This document shows, piece by piece, positions 1-10,362 of a stretch of 64,000 bases of DNA. A program made the translations under genes and the position numbers. This DNA comes from an uncultured Candidatus Poseidoniales archaeon (lineage in GTDB: Archaea; Thermoplasmatota; Poseidoniia; Poseidoniales; Poseidoniaceae). The stretch lies in the NCBI GenBank assembly GCA_905182185.1, contig CAJJAP010000007.1, positions 17,461 through 81,460 on the forward strand, given 5' to 3'. The first letter of the stretch is position 1. Every line of letters starts with the position of its first letter. The notes beneath the pieces are model-generated. The model did not search any database. It was not told where the DNA came from and worked only from the letters and a program-made list of their open reading frames with translations.

Positions 1-594
1 AATCTACGCGAAGTTGGATTCTTTGAAGAAGGCTGCATAGGAGCAGAAGATGTTGTCCTAGATGCTAAGATTCAACGTGCAGGCCACAAGATATTCATCG
101 ACCCATCAAATGTAATGCCACATCGCCGCAGACTTCCATTCAGACCATATATGAAACAAATGAGAAATTATGGCTATACCAGAATGGTAGCAAATAAGAG
201 ATGGCCGGAAATCTCAGAAAAATCCCACACAGCAATCGGTTTCTTCCCATGGCTAGTAGTTGCTTCAATCGCTGCTATGATTGGGGGGTTATCCACTGGA
301 GGCGCTGCTGATGAATATTGGCTAACACTTTCAGGTGAATGGACAATGTCTAGAATCGCATTCCACGTCCCAGGCGGATTGATGGCCTTTTACATCGGAC
401 TTTCGTGGTTTGGTGCTGCAACCGGAACTTCACCACACAGAAGTATTGGAACTGTTTTCTTTGCCCCTCTATTCGTATTTTTAGCGCACTGGGCCTATGG
501 ACAGGGTGTTAACAAGGCTTGGAGCGAGATCCGCAAGACCGGTGGTTCTGCTGGCGTTGGCGAGCAAATTGATGACAGAGTTAGAACTGCTTAA
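1..594 (+). CDS. Family-2 glycosyltransferase, C-terminal part with membrane helices (5'-truncated by window edge)
   Basis: Frame 1 is open from nt 1 (NLREVGFFEEGCIGAEDVVLDAKIQRAGHKIFIDPS...), which matches the GT2 C-terminal signature (GGFxE...EDxxL...R...G.KI...P). Several hydrophobic helices follow. A paralogous frame-broken GT2 lies at 44208..45303. Confidence 0.5.
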   Translation, partial: NLREVGFFEEGCIGAEDVVLDAKIQRAGHKIFIDPSNVMPHRRRLPFRPYMKQMRNYGYTRMVANKRWPEISEKSHTAIGFFPWLVVASIAAMIGGLSTGGAADEYWLTLSGEWTMSRIAFHVPGGLMAFYIGLSWFGAATGTSPHRSIGTVFFAPLFVFLAHWAYGQGVNKAWSEIRKTGGSAGVGEQIDDRVRTA

Positions 595-689
595 TCGCTA
601 ACACGGTTTAGTATCCCACCCTACAAAACAATCACTTTACACCCACTCAAGAGGGCAATGCCTTTGATGGGCACAGTTAGCCGAGGAGC

Positions 690-1013
690 ATGGCTGGCAA
701 ATCAATAGCAGAACGATTAGCCGGTCTTGAGAAGCCTGATGAAATAAGTGATTCACAGGAAATATGGGCTACTATCAAAAGTGTCATGGTAGTAACCAGA
801 ATATTATTATTTGTAGCAATCATCGTTATTTCGGAAATAATGGAGCAATATTTCTTCAAAGGATTGAGTCTATCGATTTGGTCATTGATAATCGGGATTC
901 CCCTGTTTATACTATTGTCCGTTGCAATAATCAGTGGGGATAGAAAGTTTGATGATAGTACAGATGAAGATCAATCTTCAGTACTGAAACACCCAATTCA
1001 TAAGCGGATATGA
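690..1013 (+). CDS. small membrane protein, hypothetical
   Basis: 107-aa ORF with two hydrophobic helices. No recognisable motif. Overlapped by an antisense ORF. Confidence 0.3.
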   Translation: MAGKSIAERLAGLEKPDEISDSQEIWATIKSVMVVTRILLFVAIIVISEIMEQYFFKGLSLSIWSLIIGIPLFILLSVAIISGDRKFDDSTDEDQSSVLKHPIHKRI

Positions 1014-1020
1014 GGCTCTA

Positions 1021-2940
1021 TCAATAAGTGCTAACATCGCCAGTTTGGATATTCCATTGGCTAGCGTAAACACCTGAGGCCTCGATTAGCCCATCGTGAT
1101 TTCCTCTCTCAACTACCGCTCCATCTACCATGGAAAGAATTTCATTAGCATTTCTGATAGTACTAAGGCGGTGTGCTACTGCAATAGTAGCCCTATCTGT
1201 GCCACTACTCAGCAGGTTCTCCTGAATTCTTTTTTCTGTTTCTGCATCCAAAGCACTGCTCGCTTCATCGAGAATTAGGAGACTTGGTCGCTTCAATAAT
1301 GCACGGGCCAAAGAAACTCTTGCCTTTTGGCCACCAGATAATTTAGCGCCTCTATCACCGACCATTGTATGGATTCCATCCTCCAACTTGGAGACGAATT
1401 CTGATGCGCCTGCCAAATCAAGAGCGACTGACAAATCATCATCGCTGGCTGTTTGGTTATAGACCACATTATCCTTTATTGAACCATAGAATAGGAAAGG
1501 GTCTTGGCTAACAAAACCTATCGCATCACGAACTGATTCTAAGGTGAATGCATTAATGTCAGTTCCATTGACTAAAACGTCACCAGAGTCTGGGACATAA
1601 TATCTCATTAACAATTTGAGAATAGTAGTTTTGCCAGCACCTGTGTGCCCCATTACTCCTAAGAATTCACCGCCAGTAACTTTGAAAGAAATTCCGCTGA
1701 GAACTTTAGTTGTAGTGTTTGGATAGGTAAAGTGGACATTCTTGAACTCAAGTGTTTGGATGCCTCCTTGTAGTTCAACTGAATCTTCAGAATCGACTAT
1801 AGTAGGCTTTAGGTCGATTGCAGCAAAGACTCTGCTAGCTGCTGCCTCTCCTTTTTGTAACTGGTTTACGAGAAGACCCAAGATGAACATAGGCATTGTC
1901 ATTCTTGTAGATATCAATAAGAATGTCACCAATTCTCCTGTTGAGATATCACCTGATTGTGCTAGATAGCCTCCCGCTGTTACAAGCAAGCCAAAAGCAA
2001 TACCTGCGACAGCATAGATCATCGGAACGAAGCGATTTCTATCCCTGCTTGCGGCCATTGCTTGGTCGCGATAAGAACCAGATTCTCTGTCGACTCGATT
2101 AGCTTCCCAATCTTGAGCATTGAACGCTTGAACAACTGAAATTCCTGAAATTAAGTTCTCAAGAACTGCATGGATATCTCCAGTTGATTCTCTTTGCTTT
2201 TTGTATTTCCTTTGCACTGTTGTGCTAAACCAGAATACTATTGGGATGATTAGCAAAACTGGCCCGAATAATACTGCTACAAGTTTCCAAGACATCAGCA
2301 CCAAGATTAGAAAAGCGGTAGAAAAGGTCATGACGATTCTAATTATTGAAGTTGAAGAATCTGAAACAACATCTTCTAATTGATTGACATCACTTGACAA
2401 TACTGCCATTATTTGCCCAGTTTGCCTCATATCATAGTAAGAGGCTTCCATAGCGATAAGAGACTTGGTTGCATCCATTCTCAAGTCGTGTTGAATATTG
2501 TATCCGAGTGTTTGCCAAGCATATTCAGATATTCCTTGGAAAATTGCTAAACAGAAAAATCCGAGAAATATTAGAAAACCGTATCCATAAGCAGGTTCCG
2601 GATTAATTGCAAGTATCAGATCTTGAAATATCTGTGGGCCAGCCATACTACCCGTTGTGAAATAATCAACAGCAAATCCGATTGCAACAAATGGCATTAG
2701 GTCAAAAACCCGTGCAATACCATTCGCCATGAATCCAGTAACAACTCTTTTCGGGTATTTTTTAGCATATGGTACTACTCTCCAAATCTGCTTACCGAGT
2801 ACTTGACGTTGGCTATTAATATCATCAGGCGTCATCAAATCAGAGGTTGAACTACCCTGTGCCATTCTGCTCATATCTTTGGCCAACCCCGCCGGCATTT
2901 CAACCCTCGTAGGACAAAACATTGCTGACACCTCAACCAA
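1021..2940 (-). CDS. ABC exporter, fused permease and ATPase (MsbA/MdlB-like)
   Basis: N-terminal six-helix TMD. Walker A GHTGAGKTT, ABC signature LSGGQKARVSLARALL, Walker B LLILDEASSALD. Confidence 0.9.
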   Translation of the reverse strand: MVEVSAMFCPTRVEMPAGLAKDMSRMAQGSSTSDLMTPDDINSQRQVLGKQIWRVVPYAKKYPKRVVTGFMANGIARVFDLMPFVAIGFAVDYFTTGSMAGPQIFQDLILAINPEPAYGYGFLIFLGFFCLAIFQGISEYAWQTLGYNIQHDLRMDATKSLIAMEASYYDMRQTGQIMAVLSSDVNQLEDVVSDSSTSIIRIVMTFSTAFLILVLMSWKLVAVLFGPVLLIIPIVFWFSTTVQRKYKKQRESTGDIHAVLENLISGISVVQAFNAQDWEANRVDRESGSYRDQAMAASRDRNRFVPMIYAVAGIAFGLLVTAGGYLAQSGDISTGELVTFLLISTRMTMPMFILGLLVNQLQKGEAAASRVFAAIDLKPTIVDSEDSVELQGGIQTLEFKNVHFTYPNTTTKVLSGISFKVTGGEFLGVMGHTGAGKTTILKLLMRYYVPDSGDVLVNGTDINAFTLESVRDAIGFVSQDPFLFYGSIKDNVVYNQTASDDDLSVALDLAGASEFVSKLEDGIHTMVGDRGAKLSGGQKARVSLARALLKRPSLLILDEASSALDAETEKRIQENLLSSGTDRATIAVAHRLSTIRNANEILSMVDGAVVERGNHDGLIEASGVYASQWNIQTGDVSTY

Positions 2941-2973
2941 TCATTAATTGGGGAGGCACTACAACCTCTAAAT

Positions 2974-5900
2974 ATGCCGAAGCACCATCGCCTTCATGCT
3001 ATGATTTTTACCGTGCTTTTATTGGTTCAGGTTTTCGCACCAATATCCTTTGCGGCTGAACCCAATACACCTAAAATAAATGCTGACACCAGTGTTGATC
3101 TAGACCTCCTTAACACAGTGGGAATCCAAAACTCCGGAGAAATTTCAAATGGTTGGTTTGACTCCGCAAATGGAGTCGGAAATATTGACCTCCTTTACAG
3201 AGATGCGGCTGTGATTGCTACTGAAAATTGGTCTGCTTGGACTGGCCAAAGCAATACTCTCGATGGCTGGTACATATTGACTCACACATACCCAGTGCCG
3301 ACTGAATGGTTTGGAGAACTCGCCGATTCGGGAATAGATTGTTTCTCTTTCCTACCACCAAATGGATTCCATTGTGAACTTGAAGGCCAAACTACTTCTG
3401 AACTTGAAGAATTAGATGTCCAAGGGATTGTGAAAATGGATTCCGTAGATAAAATTCGTGAAAACCTTGTTCGTGGAATTACTGGAATGGAGATGACATC
3501 AGTAAATCTCTATGTGACTGATGGTTATGCTTCTGTCAATTTGATCTTGAGTGGAACTGAATTACCGCAAGGAATAGAATTGCGAGATGACATTGTAGTG
3601 GAATACCACCAAGAGAGATACGCTACCGTGCTCATTCAAACTTCAGCACTACAATGGCTTGCCGCTCAGGATTCAATAGAATGGATCGAAGAGCGACCAT
3701 GGCATATTCTACATAACGATGTAGCAGATACTGTAATGGGCTCAGATTTAGTATGGAATTCAACGCTCATGTCGGGCATCGATGCCAATTGGAGTGGTTT
3801 AGATGGTTCAGGAGTCATTGTAACCGTTTCGGACACAGGACTGGACAACGGTGTCAACAACAGTAACATGCACCCCGACTTACGAGACCATATCGTTGAC
3901 ATCGTCTCTTTCCCTATGTCTGCTGGATCGACTACTTATTGTGGTGCATCAAGCAACGACGATGGTGCTGAAGACCTCGACAGTGGCCACGGTACGCACG
4001 TCGCTGGATCGGTGCTTGGAGACGGAACAAACACTGGTGGAGCCATCAAAGGTGCTGCACCAGAAGCTCGTCTTTTCATGCAAGCGACCGAGCAATATTG
4101 TGATAACGACAACGAGTACTATCTGTCGGGTATTCCTTCAGATTACACTACGATGTTTAAACAAGCGTACGACAACGGCAGCAGAGTCCACACAAATTCG
4201 TGGGGCTCTGATACTTCAGGCGCCTATAACTCGGGTTCGATGCAAGCAGATTCAAATTCCCGAACATATCAAGATATGATCATACTATTTTCAGCTGGAA
4301 ATAGTGGAACTGATGCAAGCGCTGATGGTGAGGTCGACTTAGATTCGCTTGGATCTCCGGCCAGTGGAAAAAATGTATTAGCCGTAGGTGCTGGAGAGAA
4401 TAACCGCCCTTCTCTAAACTCTATATGGGGAACTGGGCCGACCCCCTCCGGCGCAGTTTATAGTAGCCCAATCAGCACAGATAAACTTGCAAATAATAGT
4501 GAAGGAATGGCTGCATTTTCAAGCAGAGGGCCTGCTGATGATAACCGTTTAAAGCCGGATATTACAGCGCCTGGAACCTTTATTCTTTCAACTAAGTCAC
4601 GTTCAACATCAAGTAATGGATGGATGGCATATTCTACAAATTCAAATTATACCTACATGGGTGGAACGAGTATGTCCTGTCCTCTGACAGCAGGAGCAGC
4701 AGCACTAATTATTCAACATCTGATAGACAATGAAGGACATTCAGACCCGAATTCATCTTTGGTCAAAGCAATTTTTACTGCTAGTGCGCGTGATATGGCC
4801 GGACAATATGGTTCATCAACAAATGGTGCTGGTGAAGCCGCACCAAATAACCACGAAGGCTGGGGCATGGTAGACTTGCGTAGTGCAATGAATACTACTT
4901 GGATTGACGGTGACTCCGTATCAACATCAGATGAACGCGGTTGGAGTTTTACTATTCCAGCATCTTCTCCTGATTTACGAGTAGCCCTTTCTTGGACAGA
5001 CCCAGCCAGTACTCCTTCCGCAAGTACAAACCTCGTTAATGACCTTGATTTGGCAGTAAAAGACCCAAGCGGAACTTGGACTAATCTTTCAAACAACATT
5101 GATAATTTGCGAGGGTTATCATTCGCATCACCAGTTCAAGGTACTTGGGAAGTTCATGTTATTGGAACCAATGTTCCTACTGGACCGCAACATTTTGCTT
5201 TAGCACTCAACCTTGACACGACCCTCGTAAATTTGACACAGGATGCTGATTTCGATGGAATCGAAGATAGTCTTGATGATTGTTCAAGCGTATTTGGAAG
5301 TTCAACACAGGATAGAACTGGTTGCCCAGATTCTGATGCTGATGGCTATTCAAACCCGGATGCCTCTTGGACTGTAAACAATGGCGCTGATGCATTCCCT
5401 GCTGATATTAGCCAATGGGCTGATACTGACTTTGACGGCTATGGAGATAACCCTTCAGGAACTACTCCAGATGCTTGTACTACGGTAGCTGGCAATTCAA
5501 CTCTTGACCGATATGGTTGCCTAGATGGAGATGGTGATGGATTTTCAGATGCTCAAGTAACTTGGACAGTGTCGCAGGGCGCTGATGCCTGTGACACTGT
5601 TTCTGGTACAAGTTCTGCTGATAGAAATGGCTGCCCTGATACCGATAGCGATACATACTCCGATGCTGATTTGGGATGGACTATTGCCGCAGGTGCTGAC
5701 GCTTATCCGAATGACATTACACAATGGATAGATACAGATGGCGATGGTTATGGAGATAATCCACCACCTGCAACAGAAGGAGACTCTTGTTCTACTATTT
5801 CTGGTACTTCAACATTAGATCGCTTTGGTTGTCCAGACAGTGATAGCGATGGATATTCCGATGCGGACATGAGTTGGACTATCGCTTCAGGTGCTGATGC

Positions 5901-8595
5901 ATTCCCTACAGAACCAAGTCAGTGGTTTGATGGCGATAGTGATGGCTATGGTGACAATTCAACAGGAATTGAACCAGATGCTTGCCCTCTAATATTTGGA
6001 AACTCAACAGAAGCTGGAAGATTAGGCTGTTCTGATATTGATGGTGATGGATATGCTGATGTTGATGACTTATTCCCTAGTGAAAAATCACAATGGAATG
6101 ATAGCGATGCTGACGGCTTTGGCGACAATATTTCAGGAACTAATCCGGATATGTGCCCATCGGTAGCAGGTGACTCTTGGATAGACCGCTTTGGTTGCCC
6201 CGACTCTGATGGAGACGGAGCAAGTGATGCCGATAGCGCTGGAGCAAATGGGCCTATTTGGACAACAGCAGATGGTGCTGACCTTTGGCCTGCTGACTTA
6301 ACCCAATGGGCTGATTCTGATGCTGATGGATTTGGTGATAACTCATCTGGGACCAATGGAGATGATTGCCCAAGTGTAACTGGAAATTCAAGCGCTGATA
6401 GAAATGGTTGCCTCGATACAGATGGCGATGGTTATTCTGATGCGGACATGGGCTGGACTATCAACGATGGTGCTGATGCATTCCCAATGAATTCAGCAAG
6501 TTGGAGCGATTCCGATGGAGATGGAATCGATGATCAAGTCGATGATATGTGCCCTATGGTTTTCGGCAACTCAACCGTTGATAGAATTGGTTGCCCAGAT
6601 ACAGATGGCGATGGTTACTCGGATGTTGATTCTGGCTGGAATACCAGCGATGGTGCTGACGCATTCAAGACCGACCCAACTCAATGGGCAGATGGAGATG
6701 GAGATGGCTATGGTGATAATCCAACAGGTACTCTTGCAGATGATTGCCCTTCAGAAGTTGGTGATTCATGGCAAAACAATACATTGGGATGTCCTGATAT
6801 GGATGATGATGGCTGGGCAGATCAACAAGACTCATTCCCTAATGACATTACTCAATGGCATGATATTGACGGTGATGGCTATGGTGACAATGCTGGAGGA
6901 ACTACTCCAGATGCTTGTACAGGACTTTGGGGTAATTCAACCCAAGGAAATAGGAATGGTTGCCCAGATAGCGATGGCGATGGATGGGATGATGTCATCG
7001 ACCAATTACCTTCCACTCCAAGCCAATGGCTAGACCAAGATGGAGATGGCTATGGCGATAATGCTAGCGGAATATTCTCTGATGCTTGTCCTGGTGTTTT
7101 CGGCAACTCAACAATAGCCGGATATGGTTGCCCTGATACTGATGGAGATGGACTATCTGATGATAATGATGCATTCCCTAACGACCCGACACGTTCACAA
7201 GATTCAGATGGCGATGGCTTTGATGACCTCGAGGATGATTGTCGCTTTGCTGCTGGAAATTCTACAGAAGATAGGTTAGCTTGTCCTGATACTGATGCAG
7301 ACGGTTACTCCGATGTGACAATTGCAGCAGGTAATATCACTGGATGGAATACCTCTGATGGTGCTGATGCTTTCCCTACTGAACCAAGCCAGTGGAATGA
7401 TAGTGATGGGGATGGCTATGGTGATGAACTAAGCGGATTCCAAGGTGATGGTTGTCCAACAGAAGAAGGATATTCCAATATTGGTACATTCGGTTGCCCC
7501 GATGGCGATAACGATGGTGTATCACAAGACGGTGATGCATTCCCTGGTGACGACACTCAATGGGAAGACCAAGATGGAGATGGCTATGGTGATAATCCGA
7601 ATGGTACTACGCCTGATTCCTGTATTCTAATCGTTGGAGTTTCAACAATAGACCGATATGGCTGCCCTGATGAAGACGGAGATGGAGCAAGCGATTTGAA
7701 TGATTTATGGTTAGGAGATAGTTCACAGTACTTTGATTCTGATAATGACACATTTGGTGATTTAGTCGCTGGCACAGACGGTGATTATTGTCCTCAACAA
7801 TTTGGTACAGCAATCCAAGGTGTGATGAGAGGATGTCCTGATGCTGATGGCGATGGCTATGCAGATTCCGATGACGCCTTCCCAAGTGAACATAGTCAGT
7901 GGTTAGACAGTGACGGTGATGGATGGGGCGATAACCAAAGTGCGGGTTCATTCAAACCAGATCATTATCCAAATGACCCAACAAGAAATGCTGGTGAAGC
8001 ACAAATGACCTGTGATCCGAATTCAATTGAATTGGATATAGTTGGTGGAGATTACTTCACCTTCTCCTGTACTGTGACCACCGAGATGGTTGGAGATTTC
8101 ACTGTACGAGTGGAATGGCAAGCAATGACTACAATAAACGCTGCATCTCGTGTTCAAATCGTCAGTTTTTCTGCTACATCTGGACAAACTCAAACAGTTG
8201 TCTTCACTGGTGAAGCAAATATCTACGGCACCCATATACTGGTATTGAAAGCAACTGAACCTGGTTCTGATGTTGCACTTGATACGGTTACAATCAGTTT
8301 GAAAGCAATCGATTCCAGCATATATGCTGAACCATCTAACTCAAATGATAATAGTTACTTTGAGCAGGTACTCAATAATTCACTCGTTCAAGCTGCTATT
8401 GGTGCTTTATCCCTATTCTTTTTGATGGGATTATTGATAATTCGTGGCAAGTCAAACAAAGTAAAGGAAGCCGCTAATAGACAAATCCGAGCAGAGGAGT
8501 TAATTCGTGCCAGAATAGAGAATGGAATGAATCATCCAACCCGAAAGAATTTCGGTTTGGCTGGACAATTACCTCCACTACCGCCACAAAACTAG
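2974..8595 (+). CDS. Secreted subtilisin-like (S8) serine peptidase with about 25 thrombospondin-type-3 Ca-binding repeats and a C-terminal TM anchor
   Basis: Signal peptide MPKHHRLHAMIFTVLLLVQVFAPISFAAEP. S8 triad motifs VTVSDTGLD (nt ~3829), HGTHVAG (~3982), GGTSMSCP (~4663). Long array of DxDxDGxxDxxD repeats (DSDGDGYGDN). Hydrophobic segment AAIGALSLFFLMGLLII followed by a basic tail. Confidence 0.85.
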   Translation: MPKHHRLHAMIFTVLLLVQVFAPISFAAEPNTPKINADTSVDLDLLNTVGIQNSGEISNGWFDSANGVGNIDLLYRDAAVIATENWSAWTGQSNTLDGWYILTHTYPVPTEWFGELADSGIDCFSFLPPNGFHCELEGQTTSELEELDVQGIVKMDSVDKIRENLVRGITGMEMTSVNLYVTDGYASVNLILSGTELPQGIELRDDIVVEYHQERYATVLIQTSALQWLAAQDSIEWIEERPWHILHNDVADTVMGSDLVWNSTLMSGIDANWSGLDGSGVIVTVSDTGLDNGVNNSNMHPDLRDHIVDIVSFPMSAGSTTYCGASSNDDGAEDLDSGHGTHVAGSVLGDGTNTGGAIKGAAPEARLFMQATEQYCDNDNEYYLSGIPSDYTTMFKQAYDNGSRVHTNSWGSDTSGAYNSGSMQADSNSRTYQDMIILFSAGNSGTDASADGEVDLDSLGSPASGKNVLAVGAGENNRPSLNSIWGTGPTPSGAVYSSPISTDKLANNSEGMAAFSSRGPADDNRLKPDITAPGTFILSTKSRSTSSNGWMAYSTNSNYTYMGGTSMSCPLTAGAAALIIQHLIDNEGHSDPNSSLVKAIFTASARDMAGQYGSSTNGAGEAAPNNHEGWGMVDLRSAMNTTWIDGDSVSTSDERGWSFTIPASSPDLRVALSWTDPASTPSASTNLVNDLDLAVKDPSGTWTNLSNNIDNLRGLSFASPVQGTWEVHVIGTNVPTGPQHFALALNLDTTLVNLTQDADFDGIEDSLDDCSSVFGSSTQDRTGCPDSDADGYSNPDASWTVNNGADAFPADISQWADTDFDGYGDNPSGTTPDACTTVAGNSTLDRYGCLDGDGDGFSDAQVTWTVSQGADACDTVSGTSSADRNGCPDTDSDTYSDADLGWTIAAGADAYPNDITQWIDTDGDGYGDNPPPATEGDSCSTISGTSTLDRFGCPDSDSDGYSDADMSWTIASGADAFPTEPSQWFDGDSDGYGDNSTGIEPDACPLIFGNSTEAGRLGCSDIDGDGYADVDDLFPSEKSQWNDSDADGFGDNISGTNPDMCPSVAGDSWIDRFGCPDSDGDGASDADSAGANGPIWTTADGADLWPADLTQWADSDADGFGDNSSGTNGDDCPSVTGNSSADRNGCLDTDGDGYSDADMGWTINDGADAFPMNSASWSDSDGDGIDDQVDDMCPMVFGNSTVDRIGCPDTDGDGYSDVDSGWNTSDGADAFKTDPTQWADGDGDGYGDNPTGTLADDCPSEVGDSWQNNTLGCPDMDDDGWADQQDSFPNDITQWHDIDGDGYGDNAGGTTPDACTGLWGNSTQGNRNGCPDSDGDGWDDVIDQLPSTPSQWLDQDGDGYGDNASGIFSDACPGVFGNSTIAGYGCPDTDGDGLSDDNDAFPNDPTRSQDSDGDGFDDLEDDCRFAAGNSTEDRLACPDTDADGYSDVTIAAGNITGWNTSDGADAFPTEPSQWNDSDGDGYGDELSGFQGDGCPTEEGYSNIGTFGCPDGDNDGVSQDGDAFPGDDTQWEDQDGDGYGDNPNGTTPDSCILIVGVSTIDRYGCPDEDGDGASDLNDLWLGDSSQYFDSDNDTFGDLVAGTDGDYCPQQFGTAIQGVMRGCPDADGDGYADSDDAFPSEHSQWLDSDGDGWGDNQSAGSFKPDHYPNDPTRNAGEAQMTCDPNSIELDIVGGDYFTFSCTVTTEMVGDFTVRVEWQAMTTINAASRVQIVSFSATSGQTQTVVFTGEANIYGTHILVLKATEPGSDVALDTVTISLKAIDSSIYAEPSNSNDNSYFEQVLNNSLVQAAIGALSLFFLMGLLIIRGKSNKVKEAANRQIRAEELIRARIENGMNHPTRKNFGLAGQLPPLPPQN
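5239..7940 (+). repeat. Coding tandem array of TSP3-like calcium-binding repeats (about 25 copies, degenerate at DNA level)
   Basis: Repeated DADGDGYSD / DSDGDGYGDN peptide units encoded by recurring gatggngatggntatg DNA units inside the protease gene. Confidence 0.8.
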
Positions 8596-8680
8596 TGATT
8601 CACTAAATCAATTACTTACCCCATAGGTAATAACAAAACCGAATCACTCAAAGAGGAGTGGCTTTTGGAACGGATTACTA

Positions 8681-8751
8681 GCGGATATGGTGAAGTGGTA
8701 TCATAGGAGGTTTCCAACCTTTTGCCGGGGGTTCGACTCCCCCTATCCGCA
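8681..8751 (+). tRNA. tRNA-Gly (anticodon UCC)
   Basis: Manually folded cloverleaf. Acceptor GCGGATA/TATCCGC (7 bp). D-stem GTGA/TCAT, D-loop AGTGGTA. Anticodon stem GGAGG/CCTTT, loop TTTCCAA (U33, UCC, A37). 4-nt variable loop. T-arm GGGGG-TTCGACT-CCCCC. Discriminator A followed by CC only. Confidence 0.7.
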
Positions 8752-8921
8752 CCTAATTATGACTTATTGTGTTGTGGTGCGATAGGTCATCGCGTGAACG
8801 ATTGAACTTATTTTATCCTGTAAATCCTCTGAAATAACCCTATCAGCATCTCGATCAATTTGGTAATATGATTCCACATGGAATGAGAAGCCATATCAAG
8901 TAGTGAATAAGCCCCCAAATA

Positions 8922-10340
8922 GTGAGCATCATGTCAAAGTCAGTCAAATCCTTTGCAATTATCGCAATTATCTTCTTGGCACCTCTTGCTGGATGTTTTG
9001 GCGATAGCGAAACCTCCCCTGTTGATTTGAAAGAAATTATTCTAATTGACTACCTAGCTCCAGGTGAAGTTACTATCAAAACCGGTCAATGGCATGATAT
9101 TTTACTCGATGGTGATGGATATCGAATACAGGCACCGAGAGATGTATTATTATTCATCAATGGAAGCATAATAATCGATGGAATGATTGAAGTTGTTGGC
9201 GACGATATACTCAACGCAAAACTTCTCACTACGCCATATACAACCGATGCAAACCTAACTCTAATTCATCCAGATGGAACTTCTAGCAGAGTAATTCTTG
9301 AAATTGAAGAAGCCTTACCTATTGTAAACGGTGAAGACTGGTTCGATAAGATGGATTTCATCACAAGTATTTGTACCGATTCCACAGAATGTGGTGGATA
9401 TGTCAATCGTTGGATGGGAAGCCCTAATCCTGCATTCGAAAGAGCAGCATCCTTCTTCCAAGGTCATTTCGAAGGACTTGGATATGACACCCATATCCTC
9501 AGAGTTATCGATCATGGCAACCCTACAGAACCAGAGAGTCTGAATGTCATTGCTTGGAAACAAGGACGCAACGATAACTGCGTTCAAGGAATGGGTGCCC
9601 ACATGGATATCGCACCACCCGGCGGCCCACCCGGCGGTGGTACATACGAAGGTGCTTACGACAATACAGCAGGAACTGTTAGTATGATGTTATTTGCAAA
9701 AGCAATGGTTGACTTAGAATTTGAATGCGATACCTTCCTAGCATTATGGTCCAGCGAAGAAGAAGGGCTACGTGGTTCCAGTGCATTCGCCAACAACGAT
9801 TGTGACTACTGTCTTCCTAAAGACAAAGAACTTGAATTCTATATCAATATGGATATGATGGGAATGTCTTGGCCTGCACACAAGTCAAGCGGAGACCCAT
9901 TCCCTTACCATGCATGGTCAGGGCCTGATGCTGATCCGGAGGTACAAGATGTCGCCATTACCACTATTCTTGATGATGTCCACTTCAACATTCTAAAGGC
10001 GCCTAGAAATCTGACCATTGATGGTTCATATGGTGCAGGTTGTGACCAGCATTGGGATGAACACTCCAATTTAGTAATGGACGTTCACGAAGATACCTTT
10101 GGTCGTTCAGACCACGTTACATTCCGTGACCTAGGTGCTCAAACAATTTTCCACCTAGGTGCTTACGATGCAGATTATGATGCATATCATTCCCCTTCAG
10201 ATACTCTAGACAACATGGTGGCAGAAGTAGGTGGCCAACAGGAGTTGGAAAAGAGTATGGAGTTTGTAATGTGGGCTGCAATGCTTGAGTTCTTATTGGC
10301 CGACCAAACACCAGAAGTCCGCAATGTAGAATTTAACTGA
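8922..10340 (+). CDS. M28-family metallopeptidase (aminopeptidase-like), probable lipoprotein
   Basis: Signal with lipobox-like LAGC. M28 motifs GAYDNTAGTVSMMLFAKAM (GADDNASGVA-like) and SSEEEGLRGSSAFA (EExGLxGS), plus His/Asp metal ligands. Confidence 0.75.
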   Translation: MSIMSKSVKSFAIIAIIFLAPLAGCFGDSETSPVDLKEIILIDYLAPGEVTIKTGQWHDILLDGDGYRIQAPRDVLLFINGSIIIDGMIEVVGDDILNAKLLTTPYTTDANLTLIHPDGTSSRVILEIEEALPIVNGEDWFDKMDFITSICTDSTECGGYVNRWMGSPNPAFERAASFFQGHFEGLGYDTHILRVIDHGNPTEPESLNVIAWKQGRNDNCVQGMGAHMDIAPPGGPPGGGTYEGAYDNTAGTVSMMLFAKAMVDLEFECDTFLALWSSEEEGLRGSSAFANNDCDYCLPKDKELEFYINMDMMGMSWPAHKSSGDPFPYHAWSGPDADPEVQDVAITTILDDVHFNILKAPRNLTIDGSYGAGCDQHWDEHSNLVMDVHEDTFGRSDHVTFRDLGAQTIFHLGAYDADYDAYHSPSDTLDNMVAEVGGQQELEKSMEFVMWAAMLEFLLADQTPEVRNVEFN

Positions 10341-10362
10341 ATCGATAACAGGAGATTAGAAT

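Noticed and set aside
6515-7033. Internal/antisense ORFs listed in the six-frame track inside the protease, PKS and the 1962-aa gene (e.g. 6515..7033, 5946..6356, 16658..17149, 18022..18391)
   Set aside because: They lie entirely within long, motif-supported genes. They have low-complexity composition produced by alternate-frame reading of repeats, so they are spurious.
5200-8000. Regular DNA periodicity that could be mistaken for a CRISPR array or satellite
   Set aside because: The repeats are in-frame coding TSP3 units (DxDxDGxxDxxD) of the S8 protease. They are degenerate at nucleotide level, with no spacer/repeat alternation and no cas genes.
8596-8921. tRNA-Gly as a possible integration site for a mobile element
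   Set aside because: No integrase, transposase or direct repeat of the tRNA 3' end was found nearby. The flanking genes (protease, M28 peptidase) look like ordinary chromosomal cargo.
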